A stretch of 64,000 bases of DNA from an uncultured Acidobacteriota bacterium (GTDB lineage: Bacteria > Acidobacteriota > Blastocatellia > RBC074). The position numbers and the translations under genes are program-made. The notes beneath the pieces were generated by a model. That model saw nothing but the letters and a program-made list of their open reading frames with translations, searched no databases and was not told the DNA's origin. The stretch covers positions 64,001 to 128,000 of the forward strand of contig CAWCKY010000007.1 in assembly GCA_963796275.1 (NCBI GenBank), given 5' to 3'. Below, one piece after another: positions 58,651 through 64,000 of this stretch. Each line of letters starts with the position of its first letter. The stretch's first letter is position 1.

Positions 58651-58800
58651 AAAATTGTGGGGATGGAGGCTGGGGCTGGACTAAGGATTTATTAAATACC
58701 TAGATTCATGCTTGTTGCCCAATACAAAACCTTCTCCTGGGTGATGAACTAAGGAGTTAGTAAATATCCAGCCTCCAACCTCCAACCCCCGCCATTTTCA
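58651..58800. repeat. Inverted repeat with 7-bp-period arms (ggctgga / cctccaa-like)
   Basis: aaaattgtggggatggaggctggggctgga ... tccagcctccaacctccaacccccgccatttt. Confidence 0.55.
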
Positions 58801-58811
58801 TGGGAGGGCTG

Positions 58812-60236
58812 ATGAAGACCGGGTTGGAGACCAATAAAATTGCAAGAGCGCACTTATCCTGTTGGTCCGTTTTTCTGCTGGCTCTACTCGCCCCTGCATT
58901 GCTGGCGCAAACGCTCAATTCGGCGAAGGACTACTGTCAGCGCGGCCGCGACAGTCTTGAGCGCGGACAGGCGAGTCAGGCTATCGCCCACTACGATCGT
59001 GCCATTGAATTGGACTCGAGCTTGGCTGCCGCCTTCCTCGGACGCGGCACTGCGCGGATAGAGATGGGAGATCTCGATGGTGCGCTAGCCGACTTCGACC
59101 GTGCAGTTGAACTCGACCCGCGTGACTTCCAGACCTATTACGATCGGGGCAACCTGCGTCGGATGATGAATGATTTGGTAGGAGCACTGGCTGACTTCGA
59201 CCAAACTCTCCGGCTCAAACCGCGCCTGTTTGATGTCTACAACAGTCGCGGGGCAATCTATTTTGAGCGTGGGGATTGGGAAAAGGCCATCGCTGACTTC
59301 AACCGGGCGCTGGCGCTCAATTCACGCTACTCCTCGGCTTACTACAACCGTGCCCTCGCCTATTATGCTCAGGGCAATAGGGCGGCCGCCGTGCCTGACC
59401 TGATCCGCGCCATAGAACTTTTCGATTACGTCGACAGAGCAAAGGGGATGATCGAGTCCAACCCTTTCCTCTCAGAAGCGCACATGTTATACGGCAATAT
59501 CAAAATGGACGGCGGGGATGTGAACGGCGCTATCGCCGAGTTCAGCAGGGCGATAGAAGCAGACCCGGACTCTATCGGCGCTTACAATAACCGCGGCGTC
59601 GCATGGCATGTGCAGGGGAACCTGGATCGGGCAGCGGAGGACTACGAGCAAACAATCAGGCTCGACCCGACATTCGCTCCGGCCTACCTTAATCTCGGCA
59701 CGATTCGGGGTACGAAAGGCGAGCTGGATATGGCCATCGCCGACTACAACCGCGCCATCGAGATCAACCCGAATCTGAGTTTGGCCTTCGACCTGCGCGG
59801 CACCGCGCGAGAGGAGAAGGGCGAGATGAACGCGGCAATCGCGGATTACAACCATGCGATCAAACTCAATCCGCAGCTGATTACCACCTATATCCACCGT
59901 GGCATGGCGCGCTATAGCCTGAGAGACTGGGATAGGGCCATTGCAGACCTCACTAAAGCCCTCGAACTATATTCCCGACCGGATTCGGCTACCGATCCCA
60001 ATATAGTGCCGCTGGATCAAATTACCGCCATCGGCAAAGGCGAGAGCCGCCAGCAGGGCATCATCGGCTACCTGGCGCGGGCCTATGCTCAGCGCGGCCT
60101 GGACCGGCTGCGGCAGCGAAAAGTGGCTGAGGCCGAGCAAGATTTCACCCGGGCTCTTGAGCTGGATCCCGGCTTGAAGGCCCGGATTGAGCAGGAAATC
60201 AACCAGGTGAAGCGACAGCTTGCCGCTTCACGTTGA
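58812..60236 (+). CDS. Secreted TPR-repeat protein
   Basis: RBS ggagg, signal peptide, and about 11 TPR units (AYNNRG...AIADYNRAIEINP). Confidence 0.92.
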   Translation: MKTGLETNKIARAHLSCWSVFLLALLAPALLAQTLNSAKDYCQRGRDSLERGQASQAIAHYDRAIELDSSLAAAFLGRGTARIEMGDLDGALADFDRAVELDPRDFQTYYDRGNLRRMMNDLVGALADFDQTLRLKPRLFDVYNSRGAIYFERGDWEKAIADFNRALALNSRYSSAYYNRALAYYAQGNRAAAVPDLIRAIELFDYVDRAKGMIESNPFLSEAHMLYGNIKMDGGDVNGAIAEFSRAIEADPDSIGAYNNRGVAWHVQGNLDRAAEDYEQTIRLDPTFAPAYLNLGTIRGTKGELDMAIADYNRAIEINPNLSLAFDLRGTAREEKGEMNAAIADYNHAIKLNPQLITTYIHRGMARYSLRDWDRAIADLTKALELYSRPDSATDPNIVPLDQITAIGKGESRQQGIIGYLARAYAQRGLDRLRQRKVAEAEQDFTRALELDPGLKARIEQEINQVKRQLAASR

Positions 60237-60291
60237 CTGAATTTCTACCCTTAGAGGGCATTGGCATATAAACCCTGAAGAGGTTTAAGAA

Positions 60292-60428
60292 AGGTAGCCA
60301 GAGTTGGAGCGCAGCGGAACACTGGGACCCCCCCAAAGTTTCGCAACCTTAAGGGATGCGAGAAATGCTGGATGTGACAACATACATATCCACCAGCGGT
60401 TTCCGCTGCGCTCCAACTCTGGCTACCT
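60292..60428. repeat. Perfect 28-bp inverted repeat (REP doublet-like)
   Basis: aggtagccagagttggagcgcagcggaa ... ttccgctgcgctccaactctggctacct. Confidence 0.85.
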
Positions 60429-60559
60429 AAATCTGCCCCTGCCCCTCCGCGCATCAGTATCCTTAATTCAATGTCTTTGAATATCCGGGAGTGAAACCTG
60501 ACTACCTTCCTTACATCCTTCACTCTTCCGTATAGATCATCCTTGGCGCCGAATTGTAT

Positions 60560-61050
60560 GCGATTAGCGTTGCCGCGGCGTGAATTAGCCGTGGGTTTCA
60601 ACCGGGTTGATACCCTGTCGGGCTCTGTCGGTGTACGATGTGAGGTCCCCATCGTGGTGGGAGACCTTGTCATTACCCGTCAGATTTTTGCACAAACACT
60701 TCTTCGTCGCGTAGCGACGGCATGATTGTAGCCGTGGGTTTCAACCCACGGAGGGCTTGAAGATATGGGCGCGTCGCGTTAGCGACGCCTGAATTCTGCC
60801 ACGGTGGTTGAACTCTGGTATGCTGGATGGGGTTCTGAGGTGCGGCATCTTCTCTTCATCCCATGTCTGATCCAGCGCCCCAGCCGAGGCGCAAAGGCCA
60901 TGCGCCTCCTGCGCAGAACCGAAAAGTTTTTGGTAAGGACAGGAGGTTTGAATCTTGAACCTGGTTTCAACCCACCGTATACATGCGAGATTATCCCGAG
61001 TCGCGTAGCGATGCCTGAGTTTCACAACTGCCGCTGACGCGACGGGGAGT
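60560..61050. repeat. REP/MITE mosaic homologous to 420-1000
   Basis: cgtcgcgtagcgacg and ccgtgggtttcaacccacgg palindromes. TIR-like cttgtcattaccc (60666) and aaagtttttggtaaggacagg (~60923-60943). Confidence 0.8.
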
Positions 61051-61266
61051 TTTTACAGTCTTTCCGTGCATTAAAACAGATTCAACACACGGTGGACTTA
61101 AACGTCGCTGACCCAACGAGGAGCATTTTACTGGCTTTCTGTGCGTTAAAACACACGGCGGGGACGAGAAAATGGCTACCTTCTTTCTGCCCATCTGAAT
61201 CCTTAATTCAATGCTTTTTCCCCGATGGGGGATAGAGATGGCGAGGTTCTATTACCGAAGTACGAC

Positions 61267-61446
61267 GATGGAGGCAAACCTTCGACCTTGATCACCCTTT
61301 CGGCCACTACTGCCACACACCCACCATTTATTCGTGCATAGAAAAATATGCAAGCATAAATCAGATAGGCGGTCTATTTACCACTCATCCGACCAAACCG
61401 GTAGTGGCCGAAACGATGATCAAGGCTCGAACTTTCCCTAACCATC
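61267..61446. repeat. ~180-bp element with ~45-bp imperfect inverted arms
   Basis: gatggaggcaaaccttcgaccttgatcaccctttcggccactac ... gtagtggccgaaacgatgatcaaggctcgaactttccctaaccatc. Confidence 0.7.
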
Positions 61447-61455
61447 AGTCAATCT

Positions 61456-62493
61456 TTACTTCTGACTCAGGGCGCTATTCACCAATATCTTCACCTCGAC
61501 GCGGCGGTTAAGCGCGCGACCCTCGGTCGTGCTGTTGTCGGCGACGGGTTGCGAGATGCCCATGGCGGCGGGCGTCAGCATCCGGCGCAGCGGCATACCT
61601 TTGATCTGCTGCAAGTACGCGACAACCGCGTCAGCGCGTCGCTGGCTCAACTGCTGGTTGAACGCCTCGACCCCGGTGGAATCGGCATAGCCGGCCACTT
61701 GGATCATATATCCTTCAGTGTTCATCACCTTCTCGGCAATGTCATCCAGTACGAGCGTGGCCTCCGGCGTGAGCTTCGCGCTGCCAGTAGCGAAGCCAAT
61801 CGCAACAGTATGCCTGATCTCATACTCATCCAGCTCCGAAAATCGCTTTTCGAGCACATCCGTCTCCTGTTGAGTCCGTCCGAGATCTGCCTTCAATTGC
61901 TGCTGCTGGTTCTGCATCTCCACCTGCCTGGCTCTCATCTCCTGCTGCTGGCTCTGCATCGTCACCTGTCTGGCTCTCATCTCCTGTTGCGCGGTCAGCA
62001 TCTCTGCCTGCTGGCCTTCCATCTTTTCTTGCCGGGTCTTCATCTGCGCCTGTTCGGTCTCCAGCGGCGCAACACCACCACTGATGGTCTGCGCCAGTTG
62101 CATGGAGTCGTTGTCGAATGTGACCTTGTCCGCCATCAGCTGCCCCTGTGAATTGCCTTTTCCCTTGACCGTGACCCGCAGGCCGGGGATCAGTTCGGTA
62201 GCACTCCAGTGATGCTTCCAACACAGTGCTTTCGGCGACTCGACCTTGGTGCTGCTGTTGAGAACGGCGATCGTGATAGTCTTTTTCTTATCACGCACTG
62301 TCATGGTGTCTCCGTTGCGGCCGGCGATCACCCCCTCCACCTTGGCCTTTTTGCCGTCGGTGTAAGTGCGTGGTACAAAATTTTGGGAACTCTGACTGGC
62401 GGCGCTCACGAAACCAACACTGATCAACCCCAGCGTTAATATGATGGCTATGAGTCTCGAGCCCATATTTTTCTTACCCATAACGTTCCTCAT
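61456..62493 (-). CDS. OmpA-family protein, paralog of 43963-44904, with a longer coiled coil
   Basis: LIPGLRVTVKG, KRFSELDEY, IQVAGYADSTG and GRALNRRVEVK. QQEMRARQV heptads include a 42-bp tandem duplication at ~61900-61983. Confidence 0.92.
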   Translation of the reverse strand: MRNVMGKKNMGSRLIAIILTLGLISVGFVSAASQSSQNFVPRTYTDGKKAKVEGVIAGRNGDTMTVRDKKKTITIAVLNSSTKVESPKALCWKHHWSATELIPGLRVTVKGKGNSQGQLMADKVTFDNDSMQLAQTISGGVAPLETEQAQMKTRQEKMEGQQAEMLTAQQEMRARQVTMQSQQQEMRARQVEMQNQQQQLKADLGRTQQETDVLEKRFSELDEYEIRHTVAIGFATGSAKLTPEATLVLDDIAEKVMNTEGYMIQVAGYADSTGVEAFNQQLSQRRADAVVAYLQQIKGMPLRRMLTPAAMGISQPVADNSTTEGRALNRRVEVKILVNSALSQK

Positions 62494-62505
62494 GACTTTC
62501 TCCTC

Positions 62506-62978
62506 TTACATTTGTTGCGAAACCAAAAATTCGCAGTCCGAGATAATTGGCCGTGCCCGAACCGTGGGTTGCGCCGGGCTTGGCCATGGCGAATGGCGCT
62601 TGAGCCGGATTCGCTTGGCTGCCGGCATCACCAACGTGATCGGGAGCACACACGATCCTGGTGCCAGCGCGTCCCTACTCAACTGCGACGTCCGGCGTAC
62701 AAGGCGCCACCGCCGATCTGATCCCTTCTTCGATCGGGGCCCGAATGATGATGTTTGCCCTCGCAGCTTACGCTGGCCCACCACTTGAAAGTTGCATCCG
62801 CCGTCTGTTGTGAGTTCGCACCGACAGTCGTCAAGGTCATTGGCTGGCCTTGTGGAATAACAAAGCCGGCGCCGACGTTGAAGCCGAACTTCGGCGCTCC
62901 CCTTTGCGTCTGTTGGCCAGACCCACCCACCCCTGTCAGGAATAGAAGTCCAACCAGTACTTTCAATGCGCGGTTCAT
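62506..62978 (-). pseudogene. Degraded outer-membrane beta-barrel gene
   Basis: RBS gagga, signal peptide and PKFGFNVGAGFVIPQG, then barrel-like pieces scattered over different frames (IGGGAL, RRTSQLSRDALAPGSC, NYLGLRIFGF). Confidence 0.55.
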
Positions 62979-63035
62979 TTCTATTCCTCAGCAAACTAGC
63001 GAGAGCACAGGAGCTCCCGATAATTGCCGATCGAT

Positions 63036-63374
63036 TTAATCGCATGGTTTCCGTGGGCATTTACACATATCCTTGTGGCAAAATGAGCGGCAGCGGTAGT
63101 CCTCTCTCTGGGTGCCGTCCGTGTTACAGTCAGTTTTGCAGTGGCAGTTTACCTGCTCTTTGGTCGGCTTATGGTTGCAACTCTGTTCTGGACGCTTGTG
63201 CCCGGGGTTGCCCTCTTCCTGACCGGGCTCCTGACCTGGCTCTTGCGCCACAGCCATGTGGCAGCCGACATGGCTCCCCGTAGTGACGGGCCGCTTCACC
63301 AACGCGCCCCCGATGAGCATGGTGATGAGAGCGGCCAGCAGAAATCCTGCCTTCGTTCTCTTCCTCGAGATCAT
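63036..63374 (-). CDS. Small secreted Cys/His-rich protein (112 aa)
   Basis: RBS ggaggt before ATG 63374, hydrophobic signal, QEPG repeat linker, and 9 Cys in the last 47 aa. Confidence 0.7.
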   Translation of the reverse strand: MISRKRTKAGFLLAALITMLIGGALVKRPVTTGSHVGCHMAVAQEPGQEPGQEEGNPGHKRPEQSCNHKPTKEQVNCHCKTDCNTDGTQREDYRCRSFCHKDMCKCPRKPCD

Positions 63375-63453
63375 TGGATGTACCTCCGCCGCGAACGACG
63401 CCTCCTGCGCTTCCGCCAAATTTTTTATATTGTTTTATCTCCCGGGCGGTTCG

Positions 63454-64000
63454 CTAATTGGACTTCTGCGCGACAACTTCGATGTCGTCCTGTGCCTGGG
63501 CCACCACTAAGCCGCATACGGTCGCATTGCCGTTTTCGTCGAACTTGCAGCCCCAGAGCGCGGCGGCTTGCGCATTGCATTCGCCCTTATCGAGCTCAGC
63601 CACATACCATCCTGAGCCGGCAGGCCTGCGAAGCTTGTTGCCTTCATTGTAGACCGCAATGAGTATCCCTCCACTGCCTCGGCTCGTGCCGCCCGCGCAG
63701 GTGAAGTCTTTCTCGACGTAGAGAAAGGTCATCTTGTCCGTGGGGTCATACAGAAAGTCGGTTTTCTCCGTTGTCCCGTCGGTGTCATAGTCCACCTCCT
63801 GGCTCCAGACGTAGCTCGGGTTCGACCTGTTTATGGTGAGCCGGCCTGTGCCGATAGTCGTCGCTTGCTTGGCGTTGGCCGGCGGCTTGACGTTCTTCGC
63901 TGCAGTGACGGTAGCAGCGCTCGGCTTTTGCTTGCTATCCAATCCCACCTGGCCGGTGCTCTGACCGGCGTTGACTGGCGCTATCGCATCGTGCATCGCC
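63454..64000 (-). CDS. Hypothetical, probably secreted, Cys-containing protein (5' partial)
   Basis: Open frame to the window edge. Ala/Pro/Lys linker, then a globular domain (DYDTDGTTE, GSGWYVAELDKGEC, LWGCKFD). Confidence 0.65.
   Translation of the reverse strand, partial: AMHDAIAPVNAGQSTGQVGLDSKQKPSAATVTAAKNVKPPANAKQATTIGTGRLTINRSNPSYVWSQEVDYDTDGTTEKTDFLYDPTDKMTFLYVEKDFTCAGGTSRGSGGILIAVYNEGNKLRRPAGSGWYVAELDKGECNAQAAALWGCKFDENGNATVCGLVVAQAQDDIEVVAQKSN

Noticed and set aside
61267-61310. c-di-GMP (GEMM) riboswitch suggested by GGCAAACC
   Set aside because: The GAAA tetraloop and GACGCAAAG elements are missing, and the site is downstream of genes rather than in a leader.

Overview
This is a bacterial chromosomal window, most likely from Acidobacteria (Blastocatellia-like). 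That assignment is inferred from an ADOP-type permease, an Oar-like TonB-dependent receptor and the style of REP palindromes. I saw no rRNA, tRNA, CRISPR array or intact transposase. The window falls into three blocks. (1) 1-23 kb is carbohydrate sensing and utilisation: a membrane-anchored wHTH-like/CBM9-like sensor with an orphan sugar-binding protein, a PL11-like lyase, a GH30 deletion relic, a TonB receptor, GH127 and several hydrolases. (2) 23-41 kb is a minus-strand polymorphic-toxin locus. It has an Svx/AvrXca-like protein, then a 2189-aa Rhs/YD protein with three ~165-aa modules inserted near its N-terminus and a C-terminal HExxH domain, then a BNR/YCF48-like lipoprotein in the immunity position, two coupled GT-C-like membrane glycosyltransferases, and an eroded orphan ParB-like toxin tip with immunity relics. 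(3) 41-64 kb is an envelope/sigma-54 island: two OMP-barrel + coiled-coil OmpA cassettes, tandem sigma-54 activators plus a relic of a third, candidate divergent sigma-54 promoters, a NarL-type regulator, HAD, MltF, an antiporter, a TPR protein and a small Cys-rich secreted protein. Nested REP/MITE mosaics sit at both ends. Several single-base insertions break otherwise intact genes and are probably sequencing errors. The best candidate for an undescribed system is the Rhs / beta-propeller / two GT-C locus. All family assignments come from motif recognition by eye, not from database searches.
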